Assembly: GCA_038087875.1 (NCBI GenBank) | Contig: CM075977.1 | Coordinates: forward strand, 362,638,001 to 362,702,000 | Source of the DNA: Malacoraja senta | Lineage: Eukaryota | Length of the DNA: 64,000 nt | Direction of reading: 5' to 3' | Shown here: positions 35,726 through 46,430 of the stretch, one piece after another | Layout: each line of letters begins with the position of its first letter | Numbering within the stretch: the stretch's first letter is position 1 | Program-made: the position numbers and the translations under genes | Notes under the pieces: model-generated | The model's database searches: none | What the model saw: only the letters and a program-made list of their open reading frames with translations | What the model was told of the DNA's origin: nothing

Positions 35726-36349
35726 TATTGCTGTTCAAACATATTGGTTAATTAATTCCATTCCCACTCCTCACACATTTTCAGCATCAATGTGGAATTG
35801 TGGTGAATGTGCATTAGAATATGTAATATGTAATATTCTATATTCCCAATTGGCAAGTCAACTTTTAGTAGATTAAAAGAAAAATCTACCAAATAAAGCA
35901 GATTATTAACAGATTTGACAAGCAATTTGTACAACATGGGTGAATATTTATGACAAACAGTAGGTTACCTTCTGGCTTTGTAACTAAATACACAAAAATA
36001 TAATTGTTCTATTATAATTGACAAAATGATTATCTGCTCCCAATTAAAGTGTGCTCAAGTGTATGTTCTTGATCAATAAATTATTGGCGTGATGAGGGGG
36101 GATGAATTATTGGACTTGGTTCTGGGAATTACACCAGGCTAAATGGAGCAAGTATCATTGGCGAACTTCTAGAAAATAGGATTGTGTTCGCTGTGGAAAA
36201 AGATACAGGATCCTTTAAATAAAATTAATCAATTGGAAAAGAGTATCCTTCAATGAGATCAGATCAGATCTGGTTGAAATAAATTGAAAACAAAATTTGG
36301 CAAGGAAATATTAAATTGAACTAGGCAAATATTTTAAATATTTGTATGT

Positions 36350-37051
36350 CCTTCTTCTTGTGAATGAAACATAAAGCAAAGGAATAGTTAGATCTCAAGC
36401 CGGGTGTTGAGCAGCCAGGTTGTTGTCTCTGTGGCAATGTCTGCCAGGCCCTGAGCTCCATTTGGTGGGTGGTAGAGCGGGCACCCAGAGATGACATGGT
36501 TACCTGTCTGTTGTTCTGCTTCGCATTCAGAGGCTGGGCTCTGGAGCCCCATCTTCACATGCTGGCATTGAAATGCCCAACTCCAGTATGAAGTCTGTTG
36601 AACTTCACCCATGCTCCTCTGGGGAGATCAGACCCTGGACAGCTTTTATCTGGTGTAAAGATGTAGCTGTGTAATGGAGATGAGGTTGCCTTCCACTCCT
36701 GTGACCACTTGGTGGCTATCCAGTGTGCTTGGATGGATGGATGCTAGGAGTTGTTTTCCATGTGGAGCAAAGGGGTGATGGGACGTCAATCAGGGTGGCC
36801 TCTGCTCTCTGCTGATAGGCTGATGGAGGAGATCTGGGTCCATGGCACGATGAGAGTGCCAGAGTTGCTGCATGCCTTCGGATCCCTGCAGGCGGAATGC
36901 CTGCAAGTAAAGAGAGCTGCTCGACTGAAGTAGGTTGAAGGCACCCAGTGATGGTTCACCAGGTGCTGTTCAGGCTCGTGTCTCTCAGGCTAGTATGTCT
37001 ACTTCTACTCCATATGGGTGCGCAATACTCAGCTGGGGCATACACAAGAGC
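36350..37051 (-). mobile_element. Vingi/Ingi-type LINE, 3' fragment
   Basis: Translates ALVYAPAEYCAPIWSRSRHT..ITGCLQPT..LAGIPPAGIRR, then C-terminal (S)EC..QT.NHVISGCP; short (GAA)n tail. Confidence 0.75.
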
Positions 37052-37494
37052 ATACACAATTTATGTCCTTATGATGCAGAAAGGGGTGATTCAGTTCTCC
37101 CATCCATTCGACTTGTCGAGTACATCCATCAGTCCTATTCCCCTACTTATCCTCCTACAACTCCCATTGGAAAGGCTAGCTACACTTTCCACTGGATAAA
37201 TGGCCAAAGTGTTGCAAGTGACATAAAACCTGTAGGCATAATAAACAGTGCAGGGATAGAAATAGATTTCAAGAAGATGTCTCCAGCAAGAATACGTCGG
37301 CTCTTGGGGTTTTGGTTAAAGAAATAACATTTGGAAATAGCTCTTTACTCTCTCTTCTAGAATGAACTTTTTGCATCCCATCAATGTGATGCAACAGTAG
37401 AACTTGAACCATTCCACATCACAGCTGCTTTGATTCATTCACATTAGAAAACGTTTCTAGTTTTCTTCAAATTTGTCTTGACCAAAATATATTA

Positions 37495-37684
37495 GTTTAG
37501 TTTAGTTTAGAGATACAGCATGGAAACACGCCGTTTACCCCACTGGGTCCGGGGCGACGAGCGATTCATGCAAATTAACACTTTCCCACACACATTAGCG
37601 ATAATTTTTACATTTACCAAGTCAGTTTACTTACATACCTGTACGTTTTTGGAGCAGGGAGGAAACCAAAGATCCCGGAGAAAA
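37495..37684 (-). mobile_element. HE1/V-SINE, partial
   Basis: (AAACT)n tail and reverse-complement SINE body. Confidence 0.75.
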
Positions 37685-37855
37685 CCCTTTTGTCATTTTT
37701 TTTGTGCAATGGTTGAATAGATCAATGGTTCTTTAATGTCACACATGCACCATGCAGTGAAATTCGTTTTTGTATAGCTCACACATGCACAGTCAACAAT
37801 ACTTTGGCGCCATTTACTAAAAGAAAAATTCCAAAATCCACATGCTGGATGTACT

Positions 37856-40800
37856 AGAAACATAGAAACATAGAAATTAGGTGCAGGAGTAGGCCATTCG
37901 GCCCTTCGAGCCTGCACCGCCATTCAATATGATCATGGCTGATCATCCAACTCAGTATCCCGTACCTGCCTTCTCTCCATACCCTCTGATCCCTTTAGCC
38001 ATAAGGGCCACATCTAACTCCCTCTTAAATATAGCCAATGAACTGGCCTCGACTACCCTCTGTGGCAGACAGTTCCAGAGATTCACCACTCTCTGTGTGA
38101 AAAAAGTTCTTCTCATCTCGGTTTTAAAGGATTTCCCCCTTATCCTTAAGCTGTGACCCCTTGTCCTGGACTTCCCCAACATCGGGAGCAATCTTCCTGC
38201 ATCTAGCCTGTCCAACCCCTTAAGAATTTTGTAAGTTTCTATAAGATCCCCTCTCAATCTCCTAAATTCTAGAGAGTATAAACCAAGTCTATCCAGTCGT
38301 TCTTCATAAGACAGTCCTGACATCCCAGGAATCAGTCTGGTGAACCTTCTCTGCACTCCCTCTATGGCAATAATGTCCTTCCTCAGATTTGGAGACCAAA
38401 ACTGTACGCAATACTCCAGGTGTGGTCTCACCAAGACCCTGTACAACTGCAGTAGAACCTCCCTGCTCCTATACTCAAATCCTTTTGCTATGAAAGCTAA
38501 CATACCATTCGCTTTCTTCACTGCCTGCTGCACCTGCATGCCTACTTTCAATGACTGGTGTACCATGACACCCAGGTCTCGCTGCATCTCCCCTTTTCCT
38601 AGTCGGCCACCATTTAGATAATAGTCTGCTTTCCTGTTTTTGCCACCAAAATGGATAACCTCACATTTATCCACATTATACTGCATCTGCCAAACATTTG
38701 CCCACTCACCCAGCCTATCCAAGTCACCTTGCAGTCTCCTAGCATCCTCTTCACAGCTAACACTGCCCCCCAGCTTAGTGTCATCCGCAAACTTGGAGAT
38801 ATTGCCTTCAATTCCCTCATCCAGGTCATTAATATATATTGTAAATAGCTGGGGTCCCAGCACTGAGCCTTGCGGTACCCCACTAGTCACTGCCTGCCAT
38901 TGTGAAAAGGACCCGTTTACTCCTACTCTTTGCTTCCTGTTTGCCAGCCAGTTCTCTATCCACATCAATACTGAACCCCCAATGCCATGTGCTTTAAGTT
39001 TGTATACTAATCTCTTATGTGGGACCTTGTCGAAAGCCTTCTGGAAGTCCAGATACACCACATCCACTGGTTCTCCCCTATCCACGCTACTAGTTACATC
39101 CTCGAAAAATTCTATAAGATTCGTCAGACATGATTTACCTTTCGTAAATCCATGCTGACTTTGTCCAATGATTTCACCACTTTCCAAATGTGCTGCTATC
39201 CCATCTTTAATAACTGACTCTAGCAGTTTCCCCACTACCGATGTTAGACTAACTGGTCTGTAATTCCCCGTTTTCTCTCTCCCTCCCTTCTTAAAAAGTG
39301 GGGTTACGTTTGCTACCCGCCAATCCTCAGGAACTACTCCAGAATCTAAAGAGTTTTGAAAGATTATTACTAATGCATCCACTATTTCTGGAGCTACTTC
39401 CTTAAGTACTCTGGGATGCAGCCTATCTGGCCCTGGGGATTTATCGGCCTTTAATCCATTCAATTTACCCAAAACCACTTCCCGACTAACCTGGATTTCA
39501 CTCAATTCCTCCAACTCCTTTGACCCGCGGTCCCCTGCTATTTCCGGCAGATTATTTATGTCTTCCTTAGTGAAGACGGAACCAAAGTAGTTATTCAATT
39601 GGTCCACCATATCCTTGTTCCCCATGATCAACTCACCTGTTTCTGACTGCAAGGGACCTACATTTGTTTTAACTAATCTCTTTCTTTTTACATATCTATA
39701 AAAACTTTTGCAGTCAGTTTTTATGTTCCCTGCCAGTTTTCTTTCATAATCTATTTTTCCTTTCCTAATTACGCCCTTTGTCCTCCTCTGCTGATCTCTG
39801 AATTTCTCCCAGTCCTCCGGTATGCTGCTTTTTCTGGCTAATTTGTACGCATCATCCTTGGCTTTGATACCATCCCTGATTTCCCTTGTTATCCACGGAT
39901 GCACTACCTTCCCTGATTTATTCTTTTGCCAAATTGGGATGAACAATTTTTGTAGTTCATCCATGCAGTCTTTAAATGTCTTCCATTGCATGTCCACCGT
40001 CAACCCTTTTAGAATTAATTGCCAGTCAATCTTGGCCAATTCACGTCTCATACCCTCAAAGTTACCTTTCTTTAAGTTCAGAACCATTGTTTCTGAATTA
40101 ACAATGTCACTCTCCATCCTAATGAAGAACTCAACCATATTATGGTCACTCTTGCCCAAGGGGGCACGTACAACAAGACTGCTAACTAACCCTTCCTCAT
40201 TACTCAATACCCAGTATAAAATAGCCTGCTCTCTCGTTGGTTCCTCTACATGTTGATTTAGATAACTATCCCGCATACATTCCAAGAAATCTTCTTCCTC
40301 AGCACCCCTGCCAATTTGATTCACCCAATCAATATGTAGATTGAAGTCACCTATTATAACTGTTTTGCCTTTGTCGCACGCATTTCTAATTTCCTGTTTG
40401 ATACCATCTCCAACTTCACTACTACTGTTAGGTGGCCTGTACACAACACCCACCAGCGTTTTCTGCCCCTTAGTGTTTCGCAGCTCTACCCATACCGATT
40501 CCACATCCTTGAACCTAATGTCCTCCCTTTCCATTGCGTTAATGTCCTCTCTAATCAGCAACGCTACCCCACCTCCTTTTACTTTCTCTCTATCCCTCCT
40601 GAATATTGAATATCCCTGGATGTTCAGCTCCCAGCCTTGGTCACCCTGGAGCCATGTCTCCGTGATCCCAACTATATCATAGTCATTAATAGCTATCTGC
40701 ACATTCAACTCATCCACCTTATTACGAATGCTCCTTGCATTGAGACACAAAGCCTTCAGGCTTGTTTTTACAACACTCTTACCCCTTATACAATTATGTT

Positions 40801-41310
40801 GAAAAGTGGCCCTTTTTGATTTTTGCCCTAGTTTTGTCTGTCTTCCACTTTTACTTTTCACCTTGCTACCTATTGCTTCTACCCTCATTTTACACTCCTC
40901 TGTCTCTACGCTCACACATTTAAGAAACCCTTTCCCTTTAACTCCATCCTCCACTATCCCATTCGACACCCCACCTCCCTTATTCAGTTTAAAACCACCC
41001 GTGTAGCAGTGGCAAACCTGCCTGCCAGAATGCTTGTCCCACACCTGTTAAGATGCAATCCGTCCCTTTTGTACAGTTCCCCCTTACCCCAAAACAGATC
41101 CCAGTGATCTAAGAATCTAAATCCGTGCCCCGTGCACCAGTTCCTGAGCCACACGTTCAGGTCCCGTATCTCCCTGTTCCTGCTCTCGCCAGCATGAGGA
41201 ACTGGAAGCAAACCGGAGATAACAACCCTGGAGGTCCTGCTTTTCAGCATTTTTCCGAGCTCTCTAAAGTCACGCTGCAGAATATTCATCCCCTTCTTTC
41301 CGACATCGTT
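37856..41310 (-). mobile_element. Young HER1/CR1 LINE, truncated within ORF1
   Basis: (CTATGTTT)n tail; TGTACT on both flanks (37850-37855, 41311-41316). Confidence 0.95.
37952..41044 (-). CDS. HER1/CR1 ORF2: APE endonuclease and reverse transcriptase; uninterrupted frame (first ATG at 40888, 978 aa)
   Basis: CLNARS, ITETW, VYRPP, GDFN, SDH; PGPD, YRPVSLTS, DFQKAFD, GVPQGSVLGP, KFADD, RDLGV. Confidence 0.93.
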   Translation of the reverse strand: MWDKHSGRQVCHCYTGGFKLNKGGGVSNGIVEDGVKGKGFLKCVSVETEECKMRVEAIGSKVKSKSGRQTKLGQKSKRATFQHNCIRGKSVVKTSLKALCLNARSIRNKVDELNVQIAINDYDIVGITETWLQGDQGWELNIQGYSIFRRDREKVKGGGVALLIREDINAMEREDIRFKDVESVWVELRNTKGQKTLVGVVYRPPNSSSEVGDGIKQEIRNACDKGKTVIIGDFNLHIDWVNQIGRGAEEEDFLECMRDSYLNQHVEEPTREQAILYWVLSNEEGLVSSLVVRAPLGKSDHNMVEFFIRMESDIVNSETMVLNLKKGNFEGMRRELAKIDWQLILKGLTVDMQWKTFKDCMDELQKLFIPIWQKNKSGKVVHPWITREIRDGIKAKDDAYKLARKSSIPEDWEKFRDQQRRTKGVIRKGKIDYERKLAGNIKTDCKSFYRYVKRKRLVKTNVGPLQSETGELIMGNKDMVDQLNNYFGSVFTKEDINNLPEIAGDRGSKELEELSEIQVSREVVLGKLNGLKADKSPGPDRLHPRVLKEVAPEIVDALVIIFQNSLDSGVVPEDWRVANVTPLFKKGGREKTGNYRPVSLTSVVGKLLESVIKDGIAAHLESGEIIGQSQHGFTKGKSCLTNLIEFFEDVTSSVDRGEPVDVVYLDFQKAFDKVPHKRLVYKLKAHGIGGSVLMWIENWLANRKQRVGVNGSFSQWQAVTSGVPQGSVLGPQLFTIYINDLDEGIEGNISKFADDTKLGGSVSCEEDARRLQGDLDRLGEWANVWQMQYNVDKCEVIHFGGKNRKADYYLNGGRLGKGEMQRDLGVMVHQSLKVGMQVQQAVKKANGMLAFIAKGFEYRSREVLLQLYRVLVRPHLEYCVQFWSPNLRKDIIAIEGVQRRFTRLIPGMSGLSYEERLDRLGLYSLEFRRLRGDLIETYKILKGLDRLDAGRLLPMLGKSRTRGHSLRIRGKSFKTEMRRTFFTQRVVNLWNCLPQRVVEASSLAIFKRELDVALMAKGIRGYGEKAGTGY

Positions 41311-41315
41311 TGTAC
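40984..41315 (-). pseudogene. HER1/CR1 ORF1 C-terminal part (SGNH esterase-like)
   Basis: (G)TNDV, VISGLLP and RDGLHLN motifs; 5'-truncated. Confidence 0.88.
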
Positions 41316-41780
41316 TGGAGCGCCCCTGATCCCAGCAAGCCCAGGTAAGCCCCAGGCTGCTGCTGGGCCTCCTCCATCACCCTCGACCAGCTCGGCCTGC
41401 AGACCAACGTCCCTCTCCTCCTTGTAAACCAGCCTCTGCAGATCCTTGGTCTATGATTTAACTTAAATGACTGTAAACGTCTGGGATTTCCTCTCATTTT
41501 GAACGGCACCCTGTAAATGCAGAATTTTCCATCTTTCTTTCATTGAATGTCCACATAAATGAGTGAGGAGTCCTGCAGGTTATGAAGTGTTGAGATGAAG
41601 TCAAGAAGATCTTTATTGTGCCAATCAATCAAACCTCAGAAGGGAAATGTAAATGAGATAACTGTGTTAATATGGCATTAACAAACACAGTGAAATAACT
41701 TCTATATCTCTGAGATTATATCATATCCTTTTGACCTTCTAGCCCAATATATTAGTCTCAGGACTATGATTCTATGATGA

Positions 41781-41946
41781 GTGTAGAGTTAGACAAAGCT
41801 CTTAAAGATAGCAGAGTCAAGGGATATGGGGAGAAGGCAGGAACGGGGTACTGATTGTGGATGATCAGCTATGATCACAGTGAATGACGGTGCTGGCTCG
41901 AAGGGCTGAATGGCCTACTCCTGCATCTATTGTCTATTGTCTATTG
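41781..41946 (+). mobile_element. HER1 3' end fragment
   Basis: GGATATGGGGAGAAGGCAGG...GGCCTACTCCTGC and (CTATTGT)n tail. Confidence 0.8.
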
Positions 41947-42171
41947 TAATCACATGCAATTTGTGTGTGAAAATATTATTGCTCTCACCAGCCCCCTGTT
42001 CCATTTGCAGAAATAAGGATAGATTTTCCTGACTCTGCATATAGATGTACTGGATCACTGTGATGCAGAGAGCATTAGGAAACTGTAAGCTTGTGCTTAG
42101 ATCTTTAATGGGTTACCCTTGTCAGAGTCATGTGCTTTGTTGATTCTTCAATGCAGTTGCTGAAACCAACA

Positions 42172-42420
42172 GTGACACAGTAGTGCAGCGGTAGAGTTGC
42201 TGCCTTGCAAGGCCAGAGACCCGGGTTCGATCTTGACCACGGATACCTCCAGGTGCTCCGGTTTCCTCCCACACTCCAAAGACGTACAGGTTTGTAGGTT
42301 AATTGGCTTGATAAAATGGTAAAGATCGTGCTAGTGTATGGGGTGATCACTGGTTGGCATGGAGTCAGTGGGCCAAGGGGCCTGTTTCATGTGCTGTATC
42401 ACTACACTAATCTAAACTAA
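42172..42420 (+). mobile_element. HE1/V-SINE with internal deletions
   Basis: tRNA-like head (GCAGCGGTAGAG; B box GGTTCGATC) and HER1-like tail. Confidence 0.85.
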
Positions 42421-43196
42421 ATATGCAATGTATCAGTGACTGTCTGTTGTACTCGGCTTGTGAATTATGGCTCTGCAAGTAATACAATGCTCAGCACTAC
42501 TTTATCTAGCTGCAGGGATCAAGAATCCATTTCTACCCCCAAGTACTTGGCACAGAATCAGGAACATCCCCTCCATAAATTGACATATTAGACTTCTCTA
42601 CTCTTTGATTGAGGAGATCAGAATACTTTAGGACACTGTCATTTTCAATAGCCCAAACCCTGTCAAAACCGTCAAATGTACTTTTGTTCTGTGACATTTC
42701 AGTATTGCATTAATATAGATCAGCAATTCGGACCAAAGAGTATCTCATTGATCTTGAGCCGTAATTTATAATTCATGGTATACATTAACCTAGAATTGTT
42801 TGATGGAGCCTTGTCAATAAATACCCATTATACTGGATGATTTTTCTGTTCTCTTCCATAGGACCTCTCCACTTCTATAATCCCTATTGAAATACATGAT
42901 GGTTTGAATCTCATATGAGGTCTACCTCTTACATTTTTGCAGAACGATTTTAAATTGGAAATGGTTGTGGCAAATGTCACACTGATCTAGAATTGCTAAG
43001 GCTTCAAATGGTTATTAAACAGATGGAAGAGATGGAGCTACAGTTGATTTCTTATGGCACTCTTGCACTGGGCTGGTGATATTTTCATAGGGGTTTGGCA
43101 GGGAGCAGCATTGCAACAATTATTTGCTTCTGTATTTGTTGAGAGTTCATCAACTGATTTAGAATAAACACATACATTCACCGTGGGGTTGCCCTG

Positions 43197-43521
43197 GGGT
43201 GGCACGGTGGCACAGCGGTAGAGTTGCTTTCTTACAGCACCAGGGACCTGGGTTCGATCCTGTCTACGGGTACTGTCTGTATGGGGTTTGTACGTTCTCC
43301 CCGTGATCTGCTCGAGTTTTCTCCGGGAGCTCCGGTTCCCTCCTGCACTCCAAAAACGTACAGGTTTCTAGGCTAATTGGCTTGGTAAACTTGTAAATTG
43401 TTCCCAGTGTGTGTAGGATAGTGTTAGTGTGCGGGGATCGCTGGTCGGTAATCGCTGGTCATGCGTTCGTGGGTTGAAGGACCTGTTTCCACGTTCTATC
43501 TCAAAACTAAACTAAAACTAA
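43197..43521 (+). mobile_element. Full-length HE1/V-SINE
   Basis: A box TGGCACAGCGG, B box GGTTCGATCC, V-domain, (AAACT)n tail. Confidence 0.9.
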
Positions 43522-44640
43522 ACACCATATCAGCATAGGCATCAAAATAGGAGAAATCTGCCTACTCAGAGAAGGCTGCCATTCTTCACCAAGAATGGAA
43601 AATTTACAAGATTAACTGTTAACATTCATATTGCATAGAATAAAATTAAAATAATTGAATCAGGAGAATCTAAGAAATTAAATAATCAATTGTAAAAAAA
43701 ATTAACACACATTTGCCACCCCTCAAGTGATTGCTTTTCAGACAGAATAGCAGCATAAACTGCACATTAGTTATCAGTCATCAATCTGCAATAGGTAAGC
43801 ATTTATAATTCAGTCCAATTATTTCACGGCTTCAGGAGTTATGACTGGATGCTACAATCCCTCATATGTATTTAAGTAGAGTGACAAAAATTACCACTAA
43901 TTGAGAAAGGTGGTTTAATGAGTTAAATCAAACCAGCCAAAATTATCAACCACTCTCTCCCCATCTCCAATTTACATGGTCCAATAAGATGTGTCAGGTC
44001 ACACAAAATCAGAACTGCTGATGATTTTGTTTGGTACTTCCAGCAAGATATGAACTTACATCTTTTTCTTTAAAAGCATTTATTATATAGATCAATCTTT
44101 CTTTGAGATGATTCCTTTCAATTCCTTACGGTGGAAGATGACTTGGATTCACTCCAGTTCTGAGCAATGGATGATGCCTGAACATGAATATATTTGAAAT
44201 GAGGTAGTCATTGCCCACTTGGTGATTTTGATGGAGCGAGGTTATGCCAATAACAAGGGAATGCAAGACAACTGGAGCCCAGGATTTGCTGTTCAGACAA
44301 AGCAAGCAGTATGTGGACACACGATCACACACCCACTCACACATAAACAGCACGCACACATGCATGTGCGCACACACACGCATACACACACAGCACAGCA
44401 CACAGCACAACACATGGCACATAAACTGAATATCACCCTTTTCATTGGATATTATGGACATTAAGGACATTATTCCCTTGAACATCTCAGCTGTGATGCC
44501 CTCCTTCTTTTAAGCAAGTCTCCCTCTAACTCCACACTCCCCCAGTCAGGCTTTGATTTGCATTAATCCATTCCTTCTTCCTTTAATTTTTGACACAAGA
44601 GCCCTCTCTCCTCCACCTCTCCCCCCACCCACCAGCTGCC

Positions 44641-45205
44641 AGCTGAGGCTCTATAAGGTGCTGGCCAGGCCACATTTTGAGTACTGAGAGCAAATTTGGG
44701 CCCCGATATCTGAGGAAGGATGTGCTGGCTCTGGAGAGGGTCCAGAGGAGGTTTCCAGGAATGAGTGGGTTAGCATACGATGAGCATTTGACAACACTGG
44801 GCCTCGACTCACTGTAGTTTAGAAGGTTGTGTGGGGACTTCATTGAAACTTGCAGAATAATTAAAGGCATAGATAGAGTGGATGTGGAAAAGGATGTTTC
44901 CACTGATGGGAGTGTCAAGGACCAGCGGTCATAGCCTCAGAATTAAAGTGTGCTCTTTTAAAAAGTTGGTGAGGAAGAACTTCTTTAGTAAGAAGGTAGT
45001 TAATCTGTAGAACATTGCCTCAGAGGTTTGTGGAGGCCAAGTCAGTAGACATTTTTAAGGCAGAGATAGACAAGTTCCAGATTAGTACAGGTGTCAAGGG
45101 TTATGGGGAGAAGGCAGGAAAATGGGATTAGGTGGCAGAAATCAGCCATGATTGAATGGCAGAGTAGACTCAATGGGCCGAATGGCCTAATTCTACTCCT
45201 ATAAT
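44641..45205 (+). mobile_element. HER1/CR1 3' fragment
   Basis: LRLYKVLARPHFEY..W.P.LRKDV.ALERVQRR homology and 3' UTR. Confidence 0.85.
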
Positions 45206-45919
45206 ATATGAATGTGTGAACTTTTGTGCTTACCTCTTCATGTACGAGGTAATCACTTCTGCTTCATCACTACTACATCTCTCTTTTGGGCATTCCAAGA
45301 CTATCAAGCACTCTTCTTCCTTCACCTCGTTACTTACACTACAACAAGAGCACTGCCCAAGGCCTGCAGACTGGCCAAGAAACCCTGAACCTCTGGAGGA
45401 GAGGCTTCAGTTATTTGCCTGGTGCTGCATGATATACGAAGATCACACTCCCAGTGTTCTGCTGCACTTGATCTCCTAACTGACGGAGGTCAGTTTCATC
45501 CTGCAGGAATGGAAGTATCTCACTTACATCATTGTTTGGCAAATGCAATGGCCTCAAAATTAGAGAGACTTTTTTTCCTATGACCCATCCTTATTCAAGC
45601 CAGGGAGACACCAAATCGCAGTGCTCTTGCCATCCTGTAGAGGTTGGAGACAGACTGGGACAATAGTTGACTTTACTGTGTTGCAGCTCTAACAATGCAA
45701 ATGCAAAGAATCATAAAGTCACAGTCACACTTTGTCAGCACGGAAACAAGCCCATCGGCCCAACTCGTCCATGCTGACAAAGATGTCCTATTCTAAGGTT
45801 GTCCAATTCATCTGCTTTTGCCCCAAATCTCCCTAAAACTTTCTAATCCCTATACCTATCCAAATGTATTTTGCAGCATAGGCAACAGGCAAGTGTCAAA
45901 TCCTGCTCTAACTTCATCT

Positions 45920-46430
45920 CTAGGTTTGCAGTTGACAACGCTGTGGTGGGCCAGATCTCAAACAATGATGAGACAAAGTACAGAAAGTAGATAGAGAGCG
46001 TAGTAACGTGATGTCAGGGCAATAACCTCTTCCTCAATGTTAGCAAGTTGACGTAGTTAGTTATCAACTTCAGGAAGCATGGTTGAGTACATGCCTCAAT
46101 TAGCAGTCATTGATGCCGAAGTGGAAATGGTTATGAGCTTCAAGTCTCTATGCATAAATATTACCAACAATCTGTCCTGACCTAACTACATTGAAGTTAC
46201 AGCCAAAAAAACACACCAACGCCTTTAGTTCCTCAGGAGACTGAAGAAATGTGGCATGCCTCTAATGACTCTTGCAAACTTTTGTGGATGCACAGTAGAA
46301 AGCATGCAGTCAGGTTTGTTTGGGAACAGCTCTGCCCAAGAATGCACAAAATTGCAGAGAGTTGTGGATGTAGTCCTGTCCATTACATAGACCAGACTAC
46401 CCACCATTGACTCCATCTACATTTCACACT
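45920..46430 (+). mobile_element. Degraded Rex1/Babar RT fragment
   Basis: FA(V)D..VVG.ISNNDE..YR.., NNL.LNVSK, FLRRLKK. Confidence 0.65.

Noticed and set aside
43197-43270. tRNA gene
   Set aside because: The A/B boxes belong to a tRNA-derived SINE head followed by a V-domain and LINE-like tail.
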